A stretch of 64,000 bases of DNA from Priapulus caudatus (GCF_000485595.1 NW_014577067.1:1080840-1144839), one strand, 5' to 3'. Positions 1 to 12,724 are shown, counted from the stretch's first letter. Numbers and translations: made by a program. The notes: generated by a model from the sequence alone, not told the origin.

Positions 1-189
1 GTCGATTCAAATATGAATTGGAATATAATATTAGTAGTGGAGTAAAGCGAAGATAAAATGGATTACAACTAGCATCGGCGGTACACAGAAACTCTGTCGA
101 TTCAAATATGTATTGAAATATTAAGAAAACAACTAGAATACAACTAGCATCGGTGGCAGACAGAAATCCGTCTAACTCATGTATGCTAT

Positions 190-257
190 CAAGAGCGTAT
201 AAAGAAGGCCCTTCGTATAAGACCTGTATAGAGAAGAGCCTTCTTTATACGCTCTTG
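190..257. mobile_element. CAAGAG micro-palindrome (7-bp TSD family)
   Basis: CAAGAGCGTATAAAGAAGG...CCTTCTTTATACGCTCTTG, flanked by ATGCTAT/ATGCTCT. Confidence 0.8.
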
Positions 258-660
258 ATGCTCTATGTACATGCGATGTTTATCACGGATCTACGTTACT
301 GCCTGCCAAGCTAGACGCAACCTGACATGTCTATTCGGTAGTTCCATCAGCAATTAGTTCCAGCAGCAAAATGTGTAATACCACGGAGAAATACCGTTGG
401 ACCAATCACTGAAAATACCGCCAAAAATACTTCCGACTCACAGGTACAATACACAGACGTAACAGTTGATTACTAAATTACACAGACGACATACCTGAGA
501 ACACTGTGAAACGCATAGATTGACTATCTAGCCAACAGTGGATATTATTTCGATGGCTGTGAAGCAGACCATTGTTGCAGCGGTATCCCCCTCCTCCCTC
601 AGCTAGCCTAGACACCTATATAATTACAAGCTGTTTGAAATAGTTGATCCACCAGTCATC

Positions 661-732
661 ATGACCAGTGCAAACATAGACTGGAGATGGTCGCATCTCG
701 TCAACGCTTGGCAACAATATAAGCAGCGCGTG
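661..732 (+). pseudogene. Possible relic of a Ty3/Gypsy gag N-terminus
   Basis: Translates MTSANIDWRWSHLVNAWQQYKQRV, reminiscent of the DW-x4-L-x2-AW-x2-F/YKQ pattern I recall from invertebrate Gypsy gag. Very short, and no LTR or pol seen. Confidence 0.25.
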
Positions 733-1049
733 GGTGGCCATCTTTGGTCAATATAACATAAAAGAACACACATATACACGCATCCTTTGTTGTGACCTTT
801 CCTTGCATGAACGCATGTATGATGCCAACGATTCTCGGTCGCATTAAAACACGTACTCTCTATACATACCCGTACTATACAGTTGGTTTCCCTATACAAC
901 TGCCTCTCAAAGTACTCGCCAAATTTGTCCTTTATAGACAGCTGGTCGTTCTACAGAGGTGATCTTTAACACATTTTAGAATCAATGTATAACCAGACGC
1001 CACTGAAGGAACGGGGAGAACTCCCAAGTCCTAGCACAATCAGACAATC

Positions 1050-1094
1050 TCCTAACAGAGGCAAGAAATCTGCCAATCGCTTCCTAACAGAGGC

Positions 1095-1097
<3 letters not shown>
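1050..1097. repeat. Isolated copy of the 32-bp minisatellite unit, followed by (GA)n
   Basis: CCTAACAGAGGCAAGAAATCTGCCAATCGCTTCCTAACAGAGGCAA is identical to the array at 2607-2750. Confidence 0.85.
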
Positions 1098-1168
<71 letters not shown>

Positions 1169-1339
1169 GAGCGCGCGCACACAGTAGGCCCGCAGCTTTA
1201 CCGGACATATAGCTACTCATGCCAGCACCTCACAACACAACTGACCGCTTGAACCCAGCCATGCCAATCCCTCGCAGTGCAGTTGACCGCACACTCTCTA
1301 CCACACACACGGGTACCGACCATGGTGTATGTATACTAC

Positions 1340-1384
1340 CAGGAGTAAGATAATATAGGATATACCTATATTATCTTACTCCTG
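1340..1384. mobile_element. CAGGAG micro-palindrome (7-bp TSD family)
   Basis: CAGGAGTAAGATAATATAGG...CCTATATTATCTTACTCCTG with perfect ATACTAC duplication (1333-1339 / 1385-1391). Confidence 0.88.
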
Positions 1385-2113
1385 ATACTACTACAGCTAT
1401 GCCGGTCTGATACGACGAGGCTACACACATACCCAATACAGCACTGAAGGATGTCACTACCCATTCATGCACCCAGTGGCAGGCAGTCTGCTGCATTAGC
1501 TCCTCTGTCGCTCGTGATTTACGGACGCCTAACGGCGACAAACCCGCGGAACATTAACCCACAGCCATTAATCTACATGCACACTGGTATGGTGACACAG
1601 ATAAACGGGTGCCTCACAATGCCACGTCCACTAATAGATTATTAGAGCAAGCGGTTTAGGGCTGTGACGATTATTGCGTATTGGTGTCGTTAGTGCGTTA
1701 GTCCCCCCACCCCCATAGCGCTGTGTTTAATCTGGATCCGTCTATCAAGCAGAAATGTAGCAACAATGCAGATGGGTTGAAAAATTTTATATATTTATTT
1801 ATATAATTTTACAACACGGCACACGCCAATTTCACGTCGATTTCTAGCGGACAATATATCTACATTGCCCCCAAGGCCGACGCCATGATTGACGCACGGT
1901 CACCATGAAGACATGCGCGTGTGAGACGTGAGATGGGGTGGCATGTGATTATCAGAGCGTTTGTCACACGTCGGCAAGCTAGTTCCCTCAGTCGCTCACG
2001 ACGGCATGTGACCGGCACCACTGGCCACACACGTTCGAGACTTTGGGGTAATAAATAAGTTTATACAGTTACAGTAGAAACAGTGTAAAGATGGTGGAAA
2101 TGTTCCCCAGAGG

Positions 2114-2276
2114 GGGTGATACTCCATTAGGAGTGTTCCCAACTTTAATGTCATTAATGATTAGGGTTATGTTATAGGTTAGGGTTAGGGTTAGGGTTAG
2201 GGTTAGGATTATCAATCATTAATCATTAATCATTAATGATATAAAAGTTGGGAACACTCCTAATGGAGCGTTAGCC
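2114..2276. mobile_element. MITE with internal (TTAGGG)n
   Basis: About 45-bp inverted arms (CTCCATTAGGAGTGTTCCCAACTTT / AAAGTTGGGAACACTCCTAATGGAG), central TTAGGG run, flanking CCCAGAGG direct repeat. Exact ends are ambiguous by 1-2 nt. Confidence 0.8.
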
Positions 2277-2435
2277 CCCAGAGGAGTCAGGCTGGTTTTA
2301 TTTTTCCCTCCCCTTCTCTAGCTTGTACTCGCGCGCGCGCGCGTATCTCTATCTCTCTATCTATCTCGCTCCCTCTCTACCTAGGTTTCTCTCTCTTTTT
2401 CCCATCCCTCTCCCCTCTGTTTCTATCTCACACGC

Positions 2436-2486
<51 letters not shown>

Positions 2487-2606
2487 NNNNNNNNNNNNNN
2501 NNNNNNNNNNNNNNNNNNNNNNNNNNNNNNNNNNNNNNNNNNNNNNNNNNNNNNNNNNNNNNNNNNNNNNNNNNNNNNNNNNNNNNNNNNNNNNNNNNNN
2601 NNNNNN

Positions 2607-2750
2607 AAATCTGCCAATCGCTTCCTAACAGAGGCAAGAAATCTGCCAATCGCTTCCTAACAGAGGCAAGAAATCTGCCAATCGCTTCCTAACAGAGGCA
2701 AGAAATCTGCCAATCGCTTCCTAGCAGAGGCAAGAAATCTGCCAATCGCT
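2607..2750. repeat. 32-bp tandem minisatellite, about 4.5 copies, abutting a gap
   Basis: Unit AAATCTGCCAATCGCTTCCTAACAGAGGCAAG, head-to-tail with no spacers. Confidence 0.95.
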
Positions 2751-3281
2751 AACAAACATAGCCAGGCTATCTCCTCCTCACACATAAAGGCAAGCTTCCA
2801 ACATAGACTCTGCTGACTCCCTCTAATAATCAGTGCCATCGTCACGCTGTCTATGTTGAACTTTGCACGCGCCTAACCACCGGTATGTGCGCCGGGCCAC
2901 AGTCAATACCCTCGCTCCCAGAAGCTAACAACCCCGCTGCTTCACTGTTCAAAGCTCCCCTACACCCTTATCAAAACACACCGTGACCCCTATAGATCGC
3001 CACCAGGCGGTGGATGTACGACATAGCACGAAAGTTGGATAGAAATTCCCGGCACATGTACGCACGCACGCACGCACGCACGCACGCAAGCGGTGAGAGA
3101 TCACAGACCTCTAGACAGATGACCTACTAGAAGGCAAGGAGACGAATATATATATAGCCGGAGACCGTAAACAGGACACCTGTGAACCCTTCCTGACTTT
3201 AGCACCACCACGACCATCCACACGAGCCTGTCACCTCATCTTCTAATCTACCAGCCTCCTTGGCTCCCTGGCATCCAACTA

Positions 3282-3375
3282 CAGTCAACCATGTATATAA
3301 GGATCGTTCATGGGGTTACAACGCCAAAATCGCCCTTTATAGACAGGTTCCCGTTCTATAGAGGTGGTTGCACTG
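3282..3375. mobile_element. Tc1/pogo-type MITE remnant
   Basis: TA|CAGTCAACC...GGTTGCACTG termini. Internal CCTTTATAGACAGG...CGTTCTATAGAGG is shared with about 880-965, 45800-45949 and 47964-48186. Confidence 0.6.
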
Positions 3376-3501
3376 CATAACTACTACTCAAGGGAACACT
3401 CGCACACTTCCTTTTTACACAGGTACGTGTTCTACATAGGTGGTGTGTGTGTGTGTGTGTGTGCGTGTGCGTGTGCGTGTGCGTGTGCGTGNNNNNNNNN
3501 N

Positions 3502-3535
<34 letters not shown>

Positions 3536-4049
3536 AGGTACTGGTGAATACAGGTCTGTGCGTGTGGCCGTGTGCGTGTGCGTGTGCGTGTGCGTGTGCG
3601 GGTTCAGGTAAATACAGCTGCGAGTCTTACCACTGATCGTTACACCTGCGTTGATTAGACACGTCAAGCTACGGCGGATGATCCGCTACGTGAGATAATC
3701 TTCTATGAATCATCTTAGGATGGAAGTGACCGACTCAGTGACAGACCCGCTAGCAACAACGCCCGACTGCTCGTGGTTTAGTAGTCAGTGTCACCTGTCG
3801 CGCCCGATCTAATCATGTTCTAGAGAATCTAGACTGAGACCGAGAATCGCTGTTGATTAAATACGCGGCGATAGTCCTGGTCCTGGTCAGGTACCGATTG
3901 CCCTTCTCGCTAACTGTCTGGTCTTCTGTCTTCATCCTTTCTCTCTCTCTCTCTTTCTCCATCTCTAACCATAGACCTCTCTCTCTCCCGCTCTAACCAT
4001 AAATCTCTCTTTCTCTCTCTGGCTCTAATATGTATAATTATGTATATTG

Positions 4050-4099
<50 letters not shown>

Positions 4100-5273
4100 C
4101 GCTCTCGGTATTCTAGATTTCTAGATCTATCGCTATCTCTCGCTCTCTCCGTTTACTTTCGCTCTATCACGCTTATTTCGTTCTCTCTCTCGCTCTCTCT
4201 CTCCCTCCCTCAATAGCTGTACCCGTGGTACAAGCCAGCAGTACTCGCTGTTTCTAAGTGTGAGATTCGGACGCGGGTCGCGCTGACTTTCCAAAAAATC
4301 TCCGCAAATACAAACAGAAGCGAGGAAGGAACGTGTTTACGATTCCTCGCCGTGGCAAGCCGCTCGTGTCCGTCACGACTGCGAGACAACCTCGGGCAAC
4401 TCTAGACAGCCCTCAAATTGGAGCCTATGCCCTCCGACTACATGAAAGCACACCGCTGTCATCATAGCTCAACCCCCTACTTAAGCACCGTACGCACATT
4501 CGGTGAAGACCGCTCGAAAATACTGCGATGAAAACCACTTCTATCAACACGTGTAGCCTCCGGTTATGATATTATAACCGACAAACGCGTGCGTTCATCT
4601 GTTACATTCATGCCTACGTGCACTCACCGTACACATCTAGGTCTTCCAGATGTAGTCGTGTGTAAGATTCATCCACCACGCCCGCTCTTCGTTCCAAGTT
4701 AAGTGCTCGCGAAAAACATTACTCGGACATGCGCTTCCACGTGGCACGTAGAGACGGCAACAAAAACTCAAGTCCGTGAGGGATTTGCAAGAATGCCCCT
4801 ATAGATCTCACGCCACTGCAACCGCGTAGACACATGATACGTGCTGATCACGGCATGTTACATTACATATATACACATCGTCACCCAGACAACAGATGGC
4901 GTCCAGCCAAACACCCGTGTGACTCTCTCTTGAAACCCCGCGTTGCTGTTGCCACTCTTGCGCTGAACATATAGAAAACATGATCTCCGAGTGAAGCCAA
5001 CCTAGCTGATGCGAGGTATAGCTCTACCTGTATAGCCTCCCCTCCGAGTAAAATGAATGAGTAAAGCGAAGGGCTATAGTTCTAGAGCCAAGTAAAATGC
5101 GACCCGTTGCGGGGCGAAGAGCCGCACGCGTAGAGCTGGTAGGTTTAATCTTTCTATCCGTGCTGTAACATCCATCCATCGGTGTCTATCTAGCTGTACT
5201 TGTGTATAGCACTTCGTTCCGCAACAGATTTCGCCTGTCATGGTGCGAAGAGCGACCTACTACTTCTACTACC

Positions 5274-5520
5274 AAGCTATAACTACTTGCTAACTAGCTA
5301 TAACTACTTGCTAACTAGCTATAACTACTTGCTAATTAGCTATAACTAACTGCTATCTAGCCAAAGATTTCGACTATTTAGCTATAGTCACCTAGCTATA
5401 ACTGTCCACTGGTGCCTACATAGCTAAAGTTACTAGCTAACTATCTATAACTATCTACTACCTAGCTATAACTGTCCACTACCTATCTCTAACTACCTGC
5501 TACTTAGCTACATGTACCTG
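5274..5520. repeat. 21-bp tandem repeat decaying into a degenerate array
   Basis: TAGCTATAACTACTTGCTAAC about 4 copies, then diverged variants. Confidence 0.85.
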
Positions 5521-5567
5521 CAACCTAGCTCTAGAACTATAGCCCTTAGCTACATGTACCTGCAACC

Positions 5568-5635
5568 TAGATCTAGAACTATAGCCCTTCGCTCCGCCAC
5601 AGGTGGCAGACCGAAAGGTTATAGTTCTAGAGCTA
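5568..5635. mobile_element. TAGCTCTAG-family micro-MITE, 9-bp TSD
   Basis: TAGATCTAGAACTATAGCC...GGTTATAGTTCTAGAGCTA flanked by perfect CCTGCAACC (5559-5567 / 5636-5644). The left end is tandemly duplicated at about 5504-5546. Confidence 0.85.
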
Positions 5636-5667
5636 CCTGCAACCTAGCCTAGCCACCTGTAACTTAC

Positions 5668-5836
5668 GCTGAAGGGGTCGCTGTCGTATATGTACCCGAG
5701 CATAGTACCCGAGGTGTTGGCGAGTATGTCGCCTACGCCTACTCCCTAACCTTAACCCTAACCCTAACCCAAACCATATCAAATAGTTACCTCGGGTACA
5801 TATTATACGCCATTATACGACAACGACCCTTCGTGC
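5668..5836. mobile_element. GCTGA-type MITE with 9-bp TSD and internal (CCCTAA)n
   Basis: GCTGAAGGGGTCGCTGTCGTAT / ATACGACAACGACCCTTCGTGC arms. Perfect GTAACTTAC duplication (5659-5667 / 5837-5845). Confidence 0.8.
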
Positions 5837-5845
5837 GTAACTTAC

Positions 5846-5998
5846 CTGCGAGCCATTGCAGACAGCGGTGGGAATAGATGAGCGCAGTCGCGATCTGTAG
5901 TATCCACGCTGCATTGATGTGCCGACCATCACTGTAAAACCAGCCACCGGCAACGATTCGACTCGATCTGACCGCGAAAACTCGCTAGACAACGCCAC
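5846..5998 (-). CDS. Candidate internal or alternative first exon of the same minus-strand gene
   Basis: Strong donor CAG|GTAAGT at 5845. Possible acceptor TGTGCAG| at 5999 gives 153 nt open in phase 0-0 (VALSSEFSRSDRVES...MVGTSMQRGYYRSRLRSSIPTAVCNGSQ), compatible with the phase-0 exon at 23406. An alternative acceptor (TTTTACAG, near 5932) or an internal ATG start is equally possible. Confidence 0.4.
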
Positions 5999-6082
5999 CT
6001 GCACATCCGGAGTCACAGTTGACGGGCTAAATCGCAGCGTACGTGTGAGCGCGCACAGCCAACGAGAGACACACAGAGAGCG

Positions 6083-6147
<65 letters not shown>

Positions 6148-6161
6148 CCGAGCGAGCTACA

Positions 6162-7025
6162 NNNNNNNNNNNNNNNNNNNNNNNNNNNNNNNNNNNNNNN
6201 NNNNNNNNNNNNNNNNNNNNNNNNNNNNNNNNNNNNNNNNNNNNNNNNNNNNNNNNNNNNNNNNNNNNNNNNNNNNNNNNNNNNNNNNNNNNNNNNNNNN
6301 NNNNNNNNNNNNNNNNNNNNNNNNNNNNNNNNNNNNNNNNNNNNNNNNNNNNNNNNNNNNNNNNNNNNNNNNNNNNNNNNNNNNNNNNNNNNNNNNNNNN
6401 NNNNNNNNNNNNNNNNNNNNNNNNNNNNNNNNNNNNNNNNNNNNNNNNNNNNNNNNNNNNNNNNNNNNNNNNNNNNNNNNNNNNNNNNNNNNNNNNNNNN
6501 NNNNNNNNNNNNNNNNNNNNNNNNNNNNNNNNNNNNNNNNNNNNNNNNNNNNNNNNNNNNNNNNNNNNNNNNNNNNNNNNNNNNNNNNNNNNNNNNNNNN
6601 NNNNNNNNNNNNNNNNNNNNNNNNNNNNNNNNNNNNNNNNNNNNNNNNNNNNNNNNNNNNNNNNNNNNNNNNNNNNNNNNNNNNNNNNNNNNNNNNNNNN
6701 NNNNNNNNNNNNNNNNNNNNNNNNNNNNNNNNNNNNNNNNNNNNNNNNNNNNNNNNNNNNNNNNNNNNNNNNNNNNNNNNNNNNNNNNNNNNNNNNNNNN
6801 NNNNNNNNNNNNNNNNNNNNNNNNNNNNNNNNNNNNNNNNNNNNNNNNNNNNNNNNNNNNNNNNNNNNNNNNNNNNNNNNNNNNNNNNNNNNNNNNNNNN
6901 NNNNNNNNNNNNNNNNNNNNNNNNNNNNNNNNNNNNNNNNNNNNNNNNNNNNNNNNNNNNNNNNNNNNNNNNNNNNNNNNNNNNNNNNNNNNNNNNNNNN
7001 NNNNNNNNNNNNNNNNNNNNNNNNN
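6162..7025. other. Assembly gap (largest of seven; others 2487-2606, 3492-3501, 19250-19666, 24645-24669, 35512-35536, 54407-54431)
   Basis: Runs of N, nearly all beside microsatellites. Confidence 0.98.
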
Positions 7026-7094
<69 letters not shown>

Positions 7095-8977
7095 CCGAGC
7101 GAGCTACAGGCATGTAGCAATCCGTGGCCAGTAGAGCATGGAGAATCCTCCTCCCAAATTGCTGCCAACGATGAGATAATATCTGGAGAGTTCGAGCGCC
7201 ACTCGCTTTCTTTCACTCTAACCTTCTCTAAGACTGGCCCCTGATTTTTAAGCGCACGCTTGTGCGTCTACTTCAAAGAAGGTTCGGGTGTCCATCTACG
7301 AGCGAAGAGGGAGCCGATGAAACTTTTCTCGGATATAACATAGGCGTACTTGCACGCACAGATGTAGTGACGATTAACAAGTATTGTAACTGACTCGTCG
7401 GTAGCTACCTGCATGCACCCACCTGTGCGAGAACAGAGACACAGACGCCAACTCGTATACTGTAACCAATCATAACGAACGACCACGCTCACCGTGGAAA
7501 TGCCACCTCTATTCAAGCAGGCCAGCAATACAGACAGCGAGTGACACGTCGACGGCAAGTTTGCAGTCTGCAAATTAACACTACACAAAGTAAAGCAGTC
7601 CACCGAGTCTCCAGAACTCCAGTCGAAACGATAGAGCCCGCGATGGCTGCAGTATAAAGCCTGTGGACATGATTATACTATACTACTCTATTACTCTGCT
7701 TTTTTCTCCGAGAGCCCGGGATATGATAGAAGTCGGGGGCCACCATACCACAGTTTTTCGCAGGGTTTACCCCATTCGAAATACCTTCGTCTGGGACAGA
7801 CACACACTACCAGTACATCCCCATCTACCAGTACATCCCCACACCTCGCCACAGAGATAGACGGTGCCAATTTCATGCTACGCCGAACACACGCAGGACC
7901 TCGCTCTCCGACACGGGAACACATTCACGGAGCATCACATAATGGTCTCCCTCTGAGAGAAAAAAAGGTGCAAACACAAAGCGTCAGGAGTGAGTGGAAG
8001 GCCGAGCGGTAATGATCCTGGTAGTTTCCCCCCCCCCCTTCGCGCGCCTTCTTTTCACGTCGCCCTCCTCACTCACTATAGCCCAGAAGAGCAGGTGTCA
8101 CAACAGCCGCTGCCAAACGCACCAGTTCCTACCATGCCCCGCCGGTAACAACGACTGTGAGGCTGTGACTGTGAGCAAGCAACAACGGCGGGCAGGTGGG
8201 CGGAGAGGAACAACAGCTAGCACCCGCCTGGATAGGAAGGAGTAGGGGGAGGAGGAGGGGGGGGGGTCATCGTCGCACGCATATCAATGATGTCTGCTTC
8301 GCGCGCGGGAAACGCGTAAACTGCGACGCACATCGTTTCCACGGCGTGCGGCGTACGAGCGCGGCGTACTATGCATCACTCCGTATTGCTATAAGTATAA
8401 GCGCCCATGGACATCGTGCATGACCAATAAAGGCGAAATTTGAGTCACGGTTATGACGCGCCCGCGTGACATGCCCAGGCCCACGCGCAATGTAGAGGGT
8501 GGGTGTGGGGTATACACTATGCTACACGGGCTACTCGTGAAAACCTCGACAAAGCAGACGAGCTAGATATGATGATGTGTGCCCGCGTTCACCAGCAACA
8601 TACTGAAATCGTCCTTTATGACTAGAGCTGCGTGACTACGGGCAGTTTGCGCGTGCGTGATCATGAATCGTCGTGCTTACTTTTAGACTGATACCGGGAC
8701 TGGCCAAGTGCATGGCTACCGTCGGGTTGTCAGGCAACAGACTGATTCTCAACGACTATGGTGTAAGTCTAGCTGTCTTGCTACCAACCATGAACCCAGG
8801 GTTGATTGCTTGTAAGTGGAGCTACTCTGCAAAAATGCTTTTATGTGTGTATTCGTCAGACCACGGTCAGACGTATACGAAATACATATATGAATTTATG
8901 AAAGCATAAACCCCATATCCTTCATAAATTACATTTCCAACAGCATCCGCAGCAAACCATCCGCTACTGCTACTGAT

Positions 8978-9663
8978 GCTGATAGGGTCTATGTCCCACA
9001 GGGTACTGCCGGAACGTACCCTGGTAACTATCTGATATGCCCGACCGTACATCGCTTACTCCCGTACCATGACTGTCCCTGTTCCGCCCACTACTGATGT
9101 CGCAAAATTTGAAATATACATACAGACCTGTATGATATCTTTATAAAGTTGGATTGGAGTATGAAACTGTGAAACCAAGAAGAAATTTCAACCTATATAC
9201 ACTGATGCGCGCAATCCTTTTGCAAATATCGCGATGATCGGGAATACGTTTTCCTTTCGCAATGTTTACGAGATTTTTGCGCATTTTCGCGCGAGATTTT
9301 TGAAAGATGGCTCCAAGTGTTGTGGTGGAACAGGAAAATTTGTATGATTATCTTAATGGGTTGGAAACGTATAGACTCGCTGACACTTGCAGAAAGGGTC
9401 GGGAGGTGAAACGTAACAGGGTAAGGGTTACGAATATTTTGCGGGAACGGACCCGGAAACAAGGAACGGGAGCATAAAGCGGCGCGTTTCCTGCCGACAA
9501 GCGGTATGTATTACGACATCGGCTGAAAGTCAGGGTACGGTTTGGAGTAGGCGAGGTACGGTCCGATTCCGGCATATAGATAGTTACCAGGATACGTTCC
9601 GGTATACCGGACCGTACCCAGGGTACGTTCCGGCAGTACCCTGGGGACATAGACCCTATCAGC
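8978..9663. mobile_element. Mutator-like non-autonomous element (686 bp, 9-bp TSD)
   Basis: About 48-bp TIR GCTGATAGGGTCTATGTCCC..CAGGGTACTGCCGGAACGTACCCTGG and its reverse complement. Perfect GCTACTGAT duplication (8969-8977 / 9664-9672). Confidence 0.88.
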
Positions 9664-10007
9664 GCTACTGATGCTGCTGCCGCAGCCGCTGCTGCAGCAA
9701 GGTGCCGTAGAAGAGTAGCAAAGATAGTTATAGCAACGCAACTACGTTATAACATAGATACGACTATAACCTCTGCAAGGTTAAGCCGAGTCTCTCGGGC
9801 ACAGCAGTGCCCTCTGTCTGAGTACGAACGTTAGATGAGAGCTCACGCAAACTTCCGCTACAGGGTGCGAAATTAACCTACCTTGTTTCGTAATCATACG
9901 GACTACTAGATCTTGCAATCTGATAGTCCGTGAGCAATTCCAGTAGTTCAAAATTTTGGTACTCCGTGAGTTTTACCAAAACGGGTGGATTCCGTCTACG
10001 TCATAGC

Positions 10008-10057
10008 TAGCTCTAGAACTATTGCCCTTCGCTCTGCCACACCCTGTTCTAGAGCTA
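10008..10057. mobile_element. TAGCTCTAG-family micro-MITE, 9-bp TSD
   Basis: TAGCTCTAGAAC...GTTCTAGAGCTA flanked by perfect CGTCATAGC (9999-10007 / 10058-10066). Interior matches the 5568 copy. Confidence 0.88.
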
Positions 10058-11620
10058 CGTCATAGCATGAGCAACAAACATGGCCGCATCCATGTTATTG
10101 ATCAACGTGCGTGATAACGAATACTAGTATATCAAGTATATTTGATTATTTAATAATTGGTGGTGAATTGAAAATGAAGTTATAACAACCTTCCGCTGTG
10201 AGGCTTTATGAGGGTTGACCTCCGTCCGACGCATTGCAGGAATAGCACAGTAAAATCTAGTCGCATGTGCTGCCTTTTGCCACACGTGTCGGTTGATGTT
10301 CTAACGAGAGCGTTCGCACTGAGTATGTTTATTCATGTACAACAAACATGGATGTGTATACACTTTCTCGCTAGGGTTATTGCCAACAGCCCCGGCGGCG
10401 GGTTTATTTGCTAAAAGCTGTGTGTACAGAGTGAGTCGTGTTTAGCTCGACGGTTACCAACGGTCATGCAAAATTAGAAGATAGTGTAACACGGTCGCAA
10501 AACACATCCCATTGGCGGCCCTACCAAGTTAGGCACAGTCATGAATCACCATCTTATCATCCTATGTGCCATTGCAAGGCACAACACATATTTCGTTAAC
10601 TCAAACATTCTTGCCATAATGTAAAGGAACATTTTAGCGAGTCGCACGATAAGACGGACAACTTACGACGTGTTTACACAGATTTCACGCCGTTTTGTCG
10701 GTTTCCTGCACGCCTACTCCCGCCGTCACAGCATTGCACTCCGAATAACCCTAATAACCTTGCCGAACGCAGCAAAAATTCTATAGTTTTCGGTACAACC
10801 ACCGAATTCCCCCGCTCGTAACGGGTTTGTGAAATAAAAAATAAAACGTCTACACGTCTACGCCAAAGATCATATTATTCTGACCTATATTCCGATGCTG
10901 ATTGGTTGATTTGCACGGTAAGCACGTAGAACATGCACCATTGGTTTTGTTGTGTGCAGATGTATGCTCCACACACAATTGGCACACCGTCTGTTTGACT
11001 AATGTATTGTTCTATGACTAACTGCAACCATATGTGGCTTATGTGCTCGTTAGCTTCAGTGGCACACTTCAATAATAGCAAGTATACACCACCCCTTAGC
11101 AGTCTTCGTGGGGATGTCTAGGATTAGCATTGGAGTGTTCGGAGTAGTTGAACTATGAAAGATAAGTTAACACTACTACGCACTACTACACTACATATAT
11201 ACTGCAACAGTAATTTGGCAGTGAACCACACTTGTTAGGCTTTGTGCAGAAAATTTCCTCTATCAGTCACAAATCACAATAACAACATTGTGAATTATAA
11301 CAGAATAATCTCAGCTTGGTATTCATTAGGTGAAATACTATCATACCACATACCTATACATATATATGCATGATGTATGAAAATTAAATGTGCATTATAT
11401 CAGGGGACAAATTTGTCATTATTAACCCCCTGATTATATACATACAATGAGGGTTTTTTGGAGGGGAGGGGGGAGATCATGAATTTATCATACGTACGGT
11501 TCGCTACGCTACATCCAGCCAAAATGTACATACGCAGCAAATGTACAGGTTACACACCGATAGCAGCATACACATGAGCATATGAGCTTTACTGCTCTGG
11601 ATAGAACGATAGATCTATAT

Positions 11621-11661
11621 CAGGAGTAAATAATCACAAAGTTTGTGGTTATTTACTTCGG
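11621..11661. mobile_element. Degenerate CAGGAG micro-palindrome
   Basis: CAGGAGTAAATAATCACAAA|GTTTGTGGTTATTTACTTCGG. Same subfamily as 50288; TSD not clear. Confidence 0.6.
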
Positions 11662-12724
11662 ATAGATATTGTTATACGGCTCACCTTTACAACCCACAAT
11701 CAAGCATAGACGAGCGAAACAGATTTCCCACCTCTATTTTCTTATCTACTTCTATGATTTCGCTCCCACCGCTAGATGGGGTGACAGTAATTTTACGCGG
11801 CGGTGTCATATTTTCGTAATGTCATTTTCCATATCGACTTTTACTAGATGAATCAGAGCTGCGGGGGACAATGAGCTAGCCCCTCTCTGTACAGAGACAG
11901 AGCCTGTCACACAAATTGATTTTAGCACGCGCTTGCGGCTGCGCCTTACCAACGAGGAACGTGCTCTGTATAAAGTAGTATTACACGTACACGCATGATG
12001 CATCCAACTCTGCATGGTGAAACGTTGAATGGACGTTTTCTAGGTTTACACGACGTTGATATTTAATTGTAGTAAATGTATTAAGCAGTTACTCTTCGTT
12101 GCGAATTTCACACGAAGAGTTTTAAACAGTGTTTGAGAAATAAATTGATTGTGAAATCTTTCAGTGTATTGGAAAAATAGAAATGTAGGCCTATGTTGAA
12201 TTGTTCTTAAAAAATGAGAATATCCGCGACATCCATCGGTTTTCCGACCCAACACCACAACATTTCACAAAGCTATATCCGTTAACAGCGATAAGTGAAA
12301 TCTGGAGAGCAACATCAGCAGGGCAGCGACATAAGGTGGATATTTTCCCCATGTATCGAGGCATTGGCTTTATATTCTGTTATTTTATCAAGTAATAATT
12401 GCACTAATAGAAACGAAGACGGTGGTATCACCATGGTGAAACCAAGGCGCTAGAGCTGGCTAAAACAAAGTAGCAATAATCGAACGATTAATACTAGGTT
12501 AGGTCAAAATAGAAAACATCAGACTAAACACCGAGGAATCTACAGTCAGCGACTCAGCGTGCGTGCTGTAGCTACGGAGACGGGGGTAAAGAGTGGCAGC
12601 AGCAGGGGGTTGGCCGGGTCGCCAAGGGCGTACGGCAGTAGGCGTCTGTCTGCTAGCGATGGTCACGTGCGCTGCAGCTGTTTCCATGCCTACTCGGCTG
12701 TCGTTACAAGCACATTAATTACCC

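Noticed and set aside
2161..2207. TTAGGG run as a true telomere or fusion site
   Set aside because: Only a few units, enclosed within MITE inverted repeats.
2607..2750. 32-bp repeats of CRISPR-like length
   Set aside because: Head-to-tail with no spacers, no cas genes, and a eukaryotic context.
5813..7244. Long ORFs of 318-467 aa in the ORF track
   Set aside because: They run through an N-gap and (GA)n; only the short 5846-5998 part is a candidate exon.
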